Positions 8,060-15,913 of a DNA stretch of 28,761 nt are shown here, piece after piece; the stretch's first letter is position 1, and each line of letters begins with the position of its first letter. This DNA comes from an uncultured Nannocystaceae bacterium (GTDB taxonomy: Bacteria; Myxococcota_A; Polyangia; Nannocystales; Nannocystaceae): assembly GCA_964451725.1 (NCBI GenBank), contig CAYVJQ010000094.1, positions 1 through 28,761 on the forward strand, read 5' to 3'. The notes beneath the pieces were generated by a model, which made no database searches, was not told the DNA's origin, and saw only the letters and a list, made by a program, of their open reading frames with translations. The position numbers were made by a program, and so were the translations under genes.

Positions 8060-9916
8060 ATGCCATCGCCCCGGCAACCCGGACGCCTCCCTGTGTTGCT
8101 CGCAGGCTCGCTGGCCCTCGCCTGCGCCCCGCCGACAAGCGGAGACGACGAGGTCGGCAGTCCCGAGACCGACGGGCCCGACACACACAGCTCGGGGGAC
8201 TCGGCGAGCGAGGACGACTCCAGCGGCGAGGGCGACTCCAGCACGGAGACCGGAACCCAGCAGTTCTCGCTCTCGGGGACGGTGGTCGGCCTCCAGGGGG
8301 CCTCCCTGAGCCTGAGCGACGGAGCCGGGGGGGCGGTGGTGATCTCGGCCGATGGGGCCTTCGACTTCCCCGAGGCCCTGGCCACGGGCACGAGCTTCTC
8401 GGTCGTGGTCAGCGCCCAGCCCGAGGGGCCCGACCAGAGCTGTGTCGTCGATGCGGGCGAGGGCGACATCGAAAACGCCGACTTCGACGGCGTCGTGGTC
8501 CGCTGTGTGACCCCCATTCGCCACGTCGTGATCCTGGGCATCGATGGGCTCGGCGGCAATTTTGTGAGCGCGCCCGCGAGCCCCGAGTTCGACGCCCTGG
8601 CCGAGACCTCGAGCTGGACCCTGGGCATGCAAAACGCGATCCCGACCTGGAGCGCGACCAACTGGATGTCGATGATCGGCGGGGGCTCCCCCGATCAGCA
8701 CGGCGTCCTCGACAACGACTGGAGCCCGGGCGACACCTCGCCGCCCCCGACCCTGTTCGCGGTCCTCCGGGCGGCTCGACCCGACGCCCAGATCGGCGTG
8801 TTCCACGACTGGGACGGCTTCGACGTGCTGGTCGAGCCGGGCGTGGTCGACGAGCTCCAGCACCCGGGCGACGAGCACCAGACCATGGACGCAGCGGTCG
8901 CCTGGGCGATCGCCAAGCGCCCGGATCTGCTGATGATCCACCTCGATCACGTCGACCACGTCGGCCACTTCAACGGCTGGGCGAGCGGGCCCTACAACCA
9001 GGCTGTCGAGGACGCAGACGCGCTCTTGGGCCAGCTGCGCACGGCCCTCGAGGCCGTCGACATGTGGCCCTACACGGCGCTGATCATCTCGGCCGACCAC
9101 GGGGGCGTGGGCCTCTTTCACAGCACAGACACACCGGCGGAGCGGGCGATCCCGTTTTTGGTACACACCCCTCAGGGTCCGACGATCACCCTCCAGCGCG
9201 AGCTTCGGATCTGGGATATCGCGGCCACGGCCGCGCACCTGCTCGAGATCGAAGCCCCGCCCCAGTGGGTCGGACAACCGGTCTACGAGGCCATCGAGAA
9301 CCCGGCCCTCAGCGGGAGCATCGACCCGGCCCCCACCCTGCCCCTGCCCTACCTGAGCGGGGACGGGTACACCAAGATCTACGACGACACGGGCACGGGG
9401 GCGTTCTCGGACGTGTCGTTTTGGCGGCCGGTGGTCCCCGAGGGCTACATCTCGCTGGGCGACGTGGCCGTCGCCGGTCACGGAGCTCCCGATCACCCCG
9501 CCGTGACCGTCGCCGCCGATCACCCCGCGCTGGTCGAACCTATCGCCTACGAGAAGATCTGGTCCGACGCGGGCGCAGGCGGGGAGCTCGAGGTCACGCT
9601 CTGGAACCCGCTCCCGCCGGCCGGGCCCTACATCTGCCCCGGACAGATCGCCAAGCCCGACCACGGTGGACCACCGGCCCTCGGCGAGACCCGCTGCGTG
9701 CACGAGCGCTACCTCCAGCCCGCCGTGGTCGAGTTCACCTGGGACGACACGGGCAGCGGCGCGGCCTGGGACGGGAGCGTCTGGAGCTGCCGCGAGGGGG
9801 CGGGCAGCACCCTGGTTCACCCCACCTTCCTCAGCCGCCGGCACCACGCCGGGCCCGGGAACAACGAGTGTTTCGGCCTGCGCGAGACTCGAGCGACCCC
9901 TGGGGAGGCCCCCTGA
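8060..9916 (+). CDS. Lipoprotein combining a type I phosphodiesterase/nucleotide pyrophosphatase domain (alkaline-phosphatase superfamily) with a C-terminal Vps62/DUF946-like region
   Basis: The signal peptide carries a lipobox (LLAGSLALAC) followed by an acidic linker. AP-superfamily motifs are present (VVILGIDGLGGNFV, IPTWSATNWMSMIGGGSPDQHGVLDNDW, HLDHVDHVGHFNGW, ALIISADHGG). The C-terminal repeats (YDDTGTGAFSDVSFWRPVVPEGYISLGD and FTWDDTGSGAAWDGSVWSC) resemble Vps62-type domains. Confidence 0.8.
   Translation: MPSPRQPGRLPVLLAGSLALACAPPTSGDDEVGSPETDGPDTHSSGDSASEDDSSGEGDSSTETGTQQFSLSGTVVGLQGASLSLSDGAGGAVVISADGAFDFPEALATGTSFSVVVSAQPEGPDQSCVVDAGEGDIENADFDGVVVRCVTPIRHVVILGIDGLGGNFVSAPASPEFDALAETSSWTLGMQNAIPTWSATNWMSMIGGGSPDQHGVLDNDWSPGDTSPPPTLFAVLRAARPDAQIGVFHDWDGFDVLVEPGVVDELQHPGDEHQTMDAAVAWAIAKRPDLLMIHLDHVDHVGHFNGWASGPYNQAVEDADALLGQLRTALEAVDMWPYTALIISADHGGVGLFHSTDTPAERAIPFLVHTPQGPTITLQRELRIWDIAATAAHLLEIEAPPQWVGQPVYEAIENPALSGSIDPAPTLPLPYLSGDGYTKIYDDTGTGAFSDVSFWRPVVPEGYISLGDVAVAGHGAPDHPAVTVAADHPALVEPIAYEKIWSDAGAGGELEVTLWNPLPPAGPYICPGQIAKPDHGGPPALGETRCVHERYLQPAVVEFTWDDTGSGAAWDGSVWSCREGAGSTLVHPTFLSRRHHAGPGNNECFGLRETRATPGEAP
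8240..8350 (+). repeat. Right, intact and in-frame copy of the direct repeat whose decayed copy lies at 4664-4765
   Basis: The core 8264-8299 matches 4688-4723 at 34 of 36 positions. The cores are offset by 3576 bp. Confidence 0.6.
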
Positions 9917-9919
9917 GCC

Positions 9920-10735
9920 ATGTTCGTGGTCGCCGTCACCCGCTGGGGCCCGGGCCTCAGCGAGCAGCTCCCGACGCTCGCCGCCGAGCTCGGCGTGTTC
10001 CCCTACGACCTTCGCATGCGCCTCAACGGCCCCCTGCCCGTGGTCGTCGCCCGGGTGTCTGGGGCCGAGGCAGCCTCGGCCCTGGTCGCCAAGCTGCGCG
10101 GGTGGGGCCACGGCGCGGTCGGCGGGGACACGGCCAAGGTCCCCACGACCGAGCAGATGCACCAACCCCGGGAGTTCGAGCTGGACTTCGAGGGCGGCCA
10201 CCTGCGCACGACCAGCGCGACCCGTGAGCGGGCCCAGGTCGACGGCGCCGAGATCTACGCCCTGATCCACGCCATGGTCGTGAGCGACGCCCAGACCATC
10301 AGCGAGCGGCACAGCAAGCAGTTCAGCGCCGCCCGGGCCGTGCTCAGCGGCGGCATGGTCATGACCCGCTCGACCTCCTCGACCTCGACGATCACCGAGT
10401 CGAGCTCGGAGGAGCGCATCTATCTGATCCGCCGGGACTTCGCCCAGCCCATGGTCTTTTGCCAGCACCAGCTGCGCTACACCGGGCTCGGAGATGCCAT
10501 GGGCCGGGCCAGCCACGAGAGTTTTGCGGCCCTCTGCACAGCCCTGCGCCGCCTGGCCCCAGGCGCGATCTACGACGACCAGCTCCGGGTCACGAGGCGC
10601 AAACGCTCGCTGGACGGGGTCACCAGTGAGCGCAAGGGCGATGAGACCATCAAGAGTGAGACGAATTCGAACGCCTCGGGGGTCGATCTCGCCGCCTACC
10701 TGATCTTGATGGGCCACGCCCGCGGCCAGCTGTGA
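9920..10735 (+). CDS. Hypothetical protein (271 aa), probably co-transcribed with the phosphodiesterase gene
   Basis: The ATG lies 3 nt after the upstream stop codon. Third-position GC is high. I recognise no family. Confidence 0.55.
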   Translation: MFVVAVTRWGPGLSEQLPTLAAELGVFPYDLRMRLNGPLPVVVARVSGAEAASALVAKLRGWGHGAVGGDTAKVPTTEQMHQPREFELDFEGGHLRTTSATRERAQVDGAEIYALIHAMVVSDAQTISERHSKQFSAARAVLSGGMVMTRSTSSTSTITESSSEERIYLIRRDFAQPMVFCQHQLRYTGLGDAMGRASHESFAALCTALRRLAPGAIYDDQLRVTRRKRSLDGVTSERKGDETIKSETNSNASGVDLAAYLILMGHARGQL

Positions 10736-10847
10736 GCGAGCGGGCACCCCCCGGCACAGCGCCTGTCGGTAGCCACACACCCCTTGGTTTGTCAGGTCGG
10801 CCCTGTTTGGAGTACTGCTTGAGGTGCCCCCGAGGGAGCCGACCGAC

Positions 10848-11942
10848 ATGAAAGTACGTTTCAAGCCCCGCATCCGTGCCCACGCGGTCCTCAACGAGCG
10901 CGTGGCGGCCTACATGCGCACGGCCGACCATGTCGGGGCCCGGCGCCGCATGGTCGCCAAGACCGTGGTCATCCTGAGCTGGACGGTGGGCTCGTACGCC
11001 CTCCTGTTGTTCGCGGCCAGCACCTGGTGGCAGGTCGCCCTCGCGGCGGTCAGCCTGGGCCTGGCCATGTCGGGGATCGGATTTTCGATCATGCACGACG
11101 GCAACCACGGCGGGTACCCCGGGCCGGCCTGGGTCTCGCGCGCCGCCGGGTTCACCCTCGACATGCTCGGGGGCAGCTCCTACATCTGGAGCTTCAAGCA
11201 CAACGTGAACCACCACACGTTCACGAACATCGACCGGGCCGACTCCGACATCGATCTCAACGGCCTGGCCCGCATGTCTCCGGTCCAGGCCCACAAGCCG
11301 GGCCACCGCTACCAGCACATCTACACCTGGGGCCTGTACTGCCTGCTCGCGTTCCGGTGGATCCTGCTCTCGGACTTTCAAAACATGGCCTCCGGGCTCA
11401 GCGGAGAGAATCCCTTTCCCCGGCCCCGCGGCCGCGAGCTGGGGCTGTTCGTCCTCGGCAAGGTCATCGCCCTGGGACTGTGGAGCGGCATGTTCTTCGT
11501 CCAGCCCTGGCCGCTGGCCGTGTTCGGCATGCTGCTGACCGCGGTCGTGCTCGGCTTCACCCTTGCGATCGTGTTTCAGCTCGCCCATGTGGTCGAGAAG
11601 GCCAAGTTCCCGGAGGTCTCCGGTGACCCGGCCCGCTGCGACAAGGACTGGCTCACCCACCAGCTCGAGACCACGGCCGACTTCGCCCCCCGCAGCAAGT
11701 TTTGGAACTGGTACCTGGGCGGACTCAACTTTCAGGTCGAACACCACCTGTTCCCCAAGATCTGTCACATCCACTACCCGGAGATCGCCAAGATTTTCCG
11801 TCAGACCTGTGAGGAGTTCGACCTCCCCTACAACTGCTACGACACGTTCCTGGACGCGGTCGTGTCCCACCAGCGCTGGCTTCGGAAGATGGGTTCGGGC
11901 TGGAGCCCGAGCCCGGCGCCGTCTCAGACGGCCCACGTCTGA
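10848..11942 (+). CDS. Membrane fatty-acid (acyl-lipid/acyl-CoA) desaturase
   Basis: Three histidine boxes are present ([21 protein letters not shown]) together with several TM segments. I prefer the ATG at 10848, with GAGGGAG 9 nt upstream, over the track's GTG at 10824. Confidence 0.85.
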   Translation: MKVRFKPRIRAHAVLNERVAAYMRTADHVGARRRMVAKTVVILSWTVGSYALLLFAASTWWQVALAAVSLGLAMSGIGFSIMHDGNHGGYPGPAWVSRAAGFTLDMLGGSSYIWSFKHNVNHHTFTNIDRADSDIDLNGLARMSPVQAHKPGHRYQHIYTWGLYCLLAFRWILLSDFQNMASGLSGENPFPRPRGRELGLFVLGKVIALGLWSGMFFVQPWPLAVFGMLLTAVVLGFTLAIVFQLAHVVEKAKFPEVSGDPARCDKDWLTHQLETTADFAPRSKFWNWYLGGLNFQVEHHLFPKICHIHYPEIAKIFRQTCEEFDLPYNCYDTFLDAVVSHQRWLRKMGSGWSPSPAPSQTAHV

Positions 11943-11985
11943 GCGCTCCCTGTCTCGGAGTCAGGCCCTTGTCCCTATCTCAGGG

Positions 11986-12036
<51 letters not shown>

Positions 12037-12041
12037 AGCCC

Positions 12042-12692
12042 CTATATCTCGGGCTTGGCCTCGAAGTCTGTGCCGCCCTGCTCCGAGGTCTGCGCCTGTG
12101 CGCTCTGGACAAGTCGGACCTCTCGGCTCAGGCGGACCTCTCGGACCAGGCGAACCTCTCGGACCAGGCGAATCAGGGCCGTCGAGGCTCGCTTCGAGCG
12201 AGCGTCGGGGGGCGTGCGCCTGGCCTGGCGCATGAGCTGACGCAGCTGCCGGCGGTCGGCATCTGGAAACTCGGCGACAAAGCGGGTCAGGGCGACATCT
12301 CCGTCCGCGAGCAGCTGCGCTCGCCAGGTCTCGTTGACCTGCTCGCTGATCCGCTTCGCCAACAGCTCGGGGGTCTTGCCCTCGAGCGCGTCTCGGACCT
12401 CCTCCGGGCTGCCCGCGCCGCGCAGCAACTTTGCGACCCGGCGGATCTGGCGAGCCCGCGCATTTTTGACGAAGCGCTGGGCGTCGCCGATGGCCTGGCG
12501 CAGGTCTGCGTCGAAGGGCGGATCGCTGAGCTCGGGCAGCTCGTTCGGCTTGGCCCGAGCGAGGCGCTCGGCGATCTCGGCGAAGGCCTCCGCCTCATGG
12601 CGATCGTCGGCGCGGGTCCGCTCGACCGGCTCGGGCATCTCGTCCGGGTCCAGGTCGGAGTCCATTTCGGTGTTCGTGGTCATGGGAGCCAT
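12042..12692 (-). CDS. yjgA: YjgA/DarP (DUF615) ribosome-associated protein
   Basis: The sequence shows the family pattern: ...DLRQAIGDAQRFVKNARARQIRRVAKLLRG..., WRAQLLADGDVALTRFVAEFPDADRRQLRQLMRQARR. The C-terminal VREVRL x3-4 repeat comes from an 18-nt tandem repeat. The start is taken at the internal ATG (12692). Codons further upstream in the track ORF would overlap the divergent promoter region. Confidence 0.7.
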   Translation of the reverse strand: MAPMTTNTEMDSDLDPDEMPEPVERTRADDRHEAEAFAEIAERLARAKPNELPELSDPPFDADLRQAIGDAQRFVKNARARQIRRVAKLLRGAGSPEEVRDALEGKTPELLAKRISEQVNETWRAQLLADGDVALTRFVAEFPDADRRQLRQLMRQARRTPPDARSKRASTALIRLVREVRLVREVRLSREVRLVQSAQAQTSEQGGTDFEAKPEI

Positions 12693-12811
12693 CGGTGGCG
12701 CGGGTCCCTCCGCAGGCGCGAGGGCGCCGCACTGTAACGCGGAAACGCGGAAACGCGGTACGCGACCGACCCCTCGGCAAGCCCCCGGCTTCGGACTACA
12801 CTCGCGCAACC

Positions 12812-13249
12812 ATGGCCTTTGAAGTCGGTCGAGATATCGAGGGCATGTGCAGGACCTGCGGCGACGTCTGGCACGTGATCGTCGCCAAGGTCGGGGACAA
12901 GGTCAGCAAGGTCCAGTGCAAGCAGTGCGGCGGTTCGCACCGGCTCAAGCCGACGGGCGACGCGCCCCAGGCGAACCTCGAGCCGACCCGGCGCAGGGTC
13001 GTGAGCGCGGGCGGAAAAAAGACGCGGGCTCGATCCACACCCGGCCGTTCGGGCGGGCTCCCAGACGGCCCCCGGGTCTTCGATCCGAACCTGCCCTCGC
13101 GGGCCTACGGCATCCGCGAGACCTTCACCCTGGGCGAGCAGATCAAGCACAAGACCTTTGGTAACGGCGTCGTGATCGCGCTCGAAGAGAACAAGGTCCG
13201 GGTCGAGTTTCCGCTCGGCGTCAAAGTCTTGCTCCACGGCCGACGCTGA
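12812..13249 (+). CDS. Small zinc-ribbon protein with a C-terminal DUF3553/Tudor-like segment
   Basis: The sequence MAFEVGRDIEGMCRTCGDVWHVIVAKVGDKVSKVQCKQCG contains CxxC...CxxC. The C-terminus (HKTFGNGVVIALEENKVRVEFPLGVKVL) resembles the small beta domain found at UvrD/PcrA C-termini. The start is taken at the ATG at 12812. Confidence 0.6.
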   Translation: MAFEVGRDIEGMCRTCGDVWHVIVAKVGDKVSKVQCKQCGGSHRLKPTGDAPQANLEPTRRRVVSAGGKKTRARSTPGRSGGLPDGPRVFDPNLPSRAYGIRETFTLGEQIKHKTFGNGVVIALEENKVRVEFPLGVKVLLHGRR

Positions 13250-13419
13250 ACCCTCGTCGCCACGGTCGCCCATCGGCCACCCAAGCACATATACGGCAGT
13301 TGTCCGTATATTGATCGACATTGACGCGGGTACGTGGCTCGGCCACAGTTCAGACGCCGTAGAACAGCGCTGATTGGGAAACATACCCAATCTAAATACC
13401 CGGCAAACAAAGGGAATAT

Positions 13420-14598
13420 ATGGCGACCTTCAATCAAGTCCTCTCCGAAGTCAAAGCCGGCGTCCACGAGATCTCTGTAGACGAGACCAAGGCTCGCGCG
13501 ATCGACTCGCGCACCGACGCGCCCATCCTGGTCGACGTCCGCGAGCGCGACGAGTTCGAGCAGGGTTTCATCCCCCACGCCGAGTGGATCCCGCGCGGCT
13601 TCCTCGAGCTCAAGATCGAGGATCTGGTCACCGACCGGAGCCAGCCGGTGATCTTGTACTGCGCCGGGGGAGTGCGCTCGGTCCTGGCCGCGCGCTCGCT
13701 CAAAGAGATGGGCTACGAGCGGGTCTCGTCGATGGCCGGGGGCTTTCGGGCGTGGAAGAACGCGGGCCACCCCTTCGAGCGTCCGCGGGTGCTCACCCCC
13801 GAGCAGCTCAAGCGCTACAGCCGGCACATCATGCTGCCCGAGATCAAAGAGGCCGGGCAGGGCAAGCTCCTCGACGCCAAGGTCTTGTTCTTGGGGGCGG
13901 GCGGACTCGGCTCCCCCAGCGCCCTCTACCTGGCGGCGGCCGGTGTCGGCACCATCGGGATCATCGACGACGACGTGGTCGACGAGTCCAACCTCCAGCG
14001 CCAGGTCATCCACAACCTCGAGCGCCTGGGCATGCCCAAGGTCGAGAGCGCCCGCAAGACCCTGCAGGCCCTCAACCCCGACGTGAAGGTGATCCCCATC
14101 CAGGACCGACTGGACAGCTCCAACATCATGGAGATCATCGCCGGCTACGACCTGATCGTCGACGGTGCCGACAACTTCCCGACCCGCTACCTGCTCAACG
14201 ACGCCAGCCTCAAACTCGGCAAGCCGGTCGTCCACGCCTCGATCTTCCGCTTCGAGGGCCAGCTGACCACGTTCATGGCCGAGGAGGGACCCGACGCGGG
14301 GCCCTGCTACCGCTGCCTCTACCCCGATCCGCCGCCCCCGGGGATGGCCCCCTCCTGCCAGGAGGCCGGCGTGTTGGGGGTCTTGCCCGGCATGATCGGG
14401 ACCCTCCAGGCCAACGAGGCCCTCAAGATCATCCTCGGCATCGGCACGACCTTGTCGGGGCGCCTGCTGGTCCTCGACGCGCTGGGCACGAAGTTTCGGA
14501 CCATGAAATTGCACCGCGATCCCAACTGTCGCGTGTGCTCGCAAAAGCGTGAGGACATCGAGCTGATCGACTACGAGCAATTCTGCTCGCTCGCCTGA
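13420..14598 (+). CDS. moeB: Rhodanese-ThiF/MoeB fusion (molybdopterin or sulfur-carrier adenylyltransferase)
   Basis: The N-terminal domain is rhodanese-like (PILVDVRERDEFEQGFIPHAEWIPRG...VILYCAGGVRS). The ThiF core is present (RYSRHIMLPEIKEAGQGKLLDAKVLFLGAGGLGSPSALYLAAAGVGTIGIIDDDVVDESNLQRQ). Cys pairs CYRC and CRVC are present. The ATG follows AAAGGGA. Confidence 0.9.
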   Translation: MATFNQVLSEVKAGVHEISVDETKARAIDSRTDAPILVDVRERDEFEQGFIPHAEWIPRGFLELKIEDLVTDRSQPVILYCAGGVRSVLAARSLKEMGYERVSSMAGGFRAWKNAGHPFERPRVLTPEQLKRYSRHIMLPEIKEAGQGKLLDAKVLFLGAGGLGSPSALYLAAAGVGTIGIIDDDVVDESNLQRQVIHNLERLGMPKVESARKTLQALNPDVKVIPIQDRLDSSNIMEIIAGYDLIVDGADNFPTRYLLNDASLKLGKPVVHASIFRFEGQLTTFMAEEGPDAGPCYRCLYPDPPPPGMAPSCQEAGVLGVLPGMIGTLQANEALKIILGIGTTLSGRLLVLDALGTKFRTMKLHRDPNCRVCSQKREDIELIDYEQFCSLA

Positions 14599-14657
14599 GA
14601 GAGACACCCGAGAGAAGCACGACGATGTGGGTTTGGCCTCGAACTGCAGGGCCGCCC

Positions 14658-14966
14658 TCAGTCGCCTACATCGGTGACGACCCCGAAGATCGATCCTCGC
14701 GCGACCCAGCCGTTGGTGCCCCCGCGGTTGTTCGCAATCAAAAATCGACGCTTGTCGCCGTGGCCCTTGATGGCCTTGATCAGGTGAATGTAGATGTTGC
14801 CCTTGCAGCGGCACATGACCGCGGCACCGATCGAAGGTTCGACCTTCGGGTCCAAGGTCACCAGCTGCCCGCTCTCGATGCGACCGCGCATCGATCCCCC
14901 GTGGGGTCGGCAGCGCGTCACCTGGCCCGCGCGCAGGGCCGCGAGCTGTCGGTCTGCCCAACCCAT
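14658..14966 (-). CDS. S24 (LexA/UmuD/signal-peptidase superfamily) peptidase-domain-only protein, 102 aa
   Basis: PHGGSMRGRIESGQLVTLDP resembles the GDSM-P-I-xG-D-lv Ser-nucleophile motif. IYIHLIKAIKG could supply the general-base Lys. A ...FLIANNRGGTNGW...IFGVV tail follows. The ATG lies 1 nt after the stop of the upstream gene. Confidence 0.55.
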   Translation of the reverse strand: MGWADRQLAALRAGQVTRCRPHGGSMRGRIESGQLVTLDPKVEPSIGAAVMCRCKGNIYIHLIKAIKGHGDKRRFLIANNRGGTNGWVARGSIFGVVTDVGD

Positions 14967-14967
14967 C

Positions 14968-15255
14968 TCAGGTCAGCTCCCGGAGTGGCTCGGCCCGGCG
15001 CCGCAGGGCGATCTCCCGACATAAGTCCACATCGCGCAGGTGCAGGCGACCGCGCAGCCAGGCCCGCAGCACACACAGCTCGGTGGCCTGCCGGGTCACC
15101 ATGGGCTCGGTCCAGCGCGTGCGCAGCACCGCCTTGAGGGCCCGTATTCGAAGGTCGAGGGCCCGCCGATATCGACGCAGCTCGCCCAGGTCGAAGCGGG
15201 TGAGTGTGGGGGTAGGGGCGGATGTGGGAGGGGTATCGACAATTGGGTGTTGCAT
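14968..15255 (-). CDS. Hypothetical Arg-rich helical protein, 95 aa
   Basis: The gene is tightly packed between two genes on the same strand, with the junction TGA-g-ATG to the S24 gene. AGGA lies 9 nt upstream of its ATG. No family is recognised. Confidence 0.45.
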   Translation of the reverse strand: MQHPIVDTPPTSAPTPTLTRFDLGELRRYRRALDLRIRALKAVLRTRWTEPMVTRQATELCVLRAWLRGRLHLRDVDLCREIALRRRAEPLRELT

Positions 15256-15267
15256 TCGAGTTGTCCT

Positions 15268-15642
15268 TTATCGGAGCAGCCGCAGGCTGCCCGTGATGGT
15301 TGATACGGTCGCGCGATCGCAGACCGGCACAATGCCGATTGCCATGAGCGCGTTGTTCCACGGCGGATCCGGCTCTCGGATCGGTCGATGTGGAATTTGT
15401 AATCGCCGCAGCTCGGCGGCGAGGTGTTCGAGGTGGGCCTCGTCCCTCGCGGCCAAAACCACGGCGATGGTGCCGCTCGCCAGGTCACCCGGAGCGCTCT
15501 CTCCGGCAGCATGAACGAGCTGCGCGGCCGAGACTCCCCGCGGGAGATCCTGCCGAATCAGGCAGTAGTGGGTCAGTTGTTGCGCCTGACGGGAGTCGAA
15601 CCCGCTTGATCCAGGGTGCTTACCCCCGGGGCCCATCCGCAT
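15268..15642 (-). CDS. Peptidyl-tRNA hydrolase 2 (PTH2)-like domain protein. The start is uncertain.
   Basis: HYCLIRQDLPRGVSAAQLVHAA ... IAVVLAARDEAHLEHLAAELRRLQIPHRPIREP ... LMAIGIVPVCDRATVSTITGSLRLLR follows the PTH2 pattern (vvRtDL..GK.aAQ..HAA / vvlkv.se.eL..l / vlaigP....id.vtg.LkLl). The track ORF runs on to 15735 but crosses a tRNA-like element. The ATG candidates are 15642 and 15636. Confidence 0.55.
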   Translation of the reverse strand: MRMGPGGKHPGSSGFDSRQAQQLTHYCLIRQDLPRGVSAAQLVHAAGESAPGDLASGTIAVVLAARDEAHLEHLAAELRRLQIPHRPIREPDPPWNNALMAIGIVPVCDRATVSTITGSLRLLR

Positions 15643-15652
15643 GGCCAAACGC
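15581..15652 (-). other. tRNA-like element or pseudo-tRNA. The T-arm, acceptor and anticodon-like arms are good, but the D-arm is non-canonical.
   Basis: Minus strand: GCGTTTG..CGGGG-GTAAGCA-CCCTG-GATCAA-GCGGG-TTCGACT-CCCGT-CAGGCGC-A. The acceptor has 7 bp including two G-U pairs. The T-loop is TTCGACT. Total length is 72 nt. The D region is only a 4-bp stem with a 4-nt loop, and anticodon-loop positions 32 and 37 are atypical. Confidence 0.25.
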
Positions 15653-15913
15653 GTATTGCTCTCAGACTTCAGGAGCAGGTGAACGAGAGCCCAAAGCCCG
15701 GTCCCCCTCGCATCCGCGCTCAGCGGACGCGTCACTCCACGGGTCTGGTGGCTGTGCCCCTCACTCCGGGTGGGGCCTCCGAGGCTGTCAAGCTCGCATC
15801 GACTGAAAACTAGGGGCAGTCCCCATCGGAGTCAAGCAAGCGAGAACAGGAAGCAATCACACATGGCCGCCCTAGCAACCGATCGACCCGCCGATCGACC
15901 CCGCCGAGAATCC

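Noticed and set aside
4770-8060. Integrase, transposase, terminal inverted repeats or other mobility genes within the foreign-composition segment
   Set aside because: I looked through all six frames of the track and found no ORF with recombinase or transposase motifs. The mobility mechanism therefore remains unknown, and I do not call this a mobile_element.
7551-8309. 252-aa plus-strand ORF with an AEAEAEAE run
   Set aside because: It is an alternative frame of the hexamer microsatellite and of the 5' end of the lipoprotein gene. Its Arg/Pro/Ala composition is shadow type.
7952-10894. 980-aa minus-strand ORF, and the 724-aa alternative-frame ORF 8053..10227(+)
   Set aside because: They overlap the phosphodiesterase lipoprotein gene and the 271-aa gene, which have a signal peptide and catalytic motifs. 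Their composition is Arg/Gly/Pro-rich shadow type.
13289-13419. Moco riboswitch or another structured leader upstream of the rhodanese-MoeB gene
   Set aside because: Several small hairpins are visible: atatacgg/ccgtatat at 13289-13311, gtggc/gccac near 13333-13345 and ttggg/cccaa near 13374-13390. I cannot match the conserved Moco-motif nucleotides by eye. An Infernal scan with the Rfam Moco model would decide it.
15581-15676. Functional tRNA, including a 95-nt class II or tRNA-Sec reading with acceptor GCTCCTG(A)
   Set aside because: The 95-nt version has an acceptor mismatch, only a 4-bp T-stem in the 8-bp-acceptor fold and no UCA anticodon loop. The 72-nt version has a non-canonical D-arm and anticodon loop. 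I keep it only as a tRNA-like or relic element.
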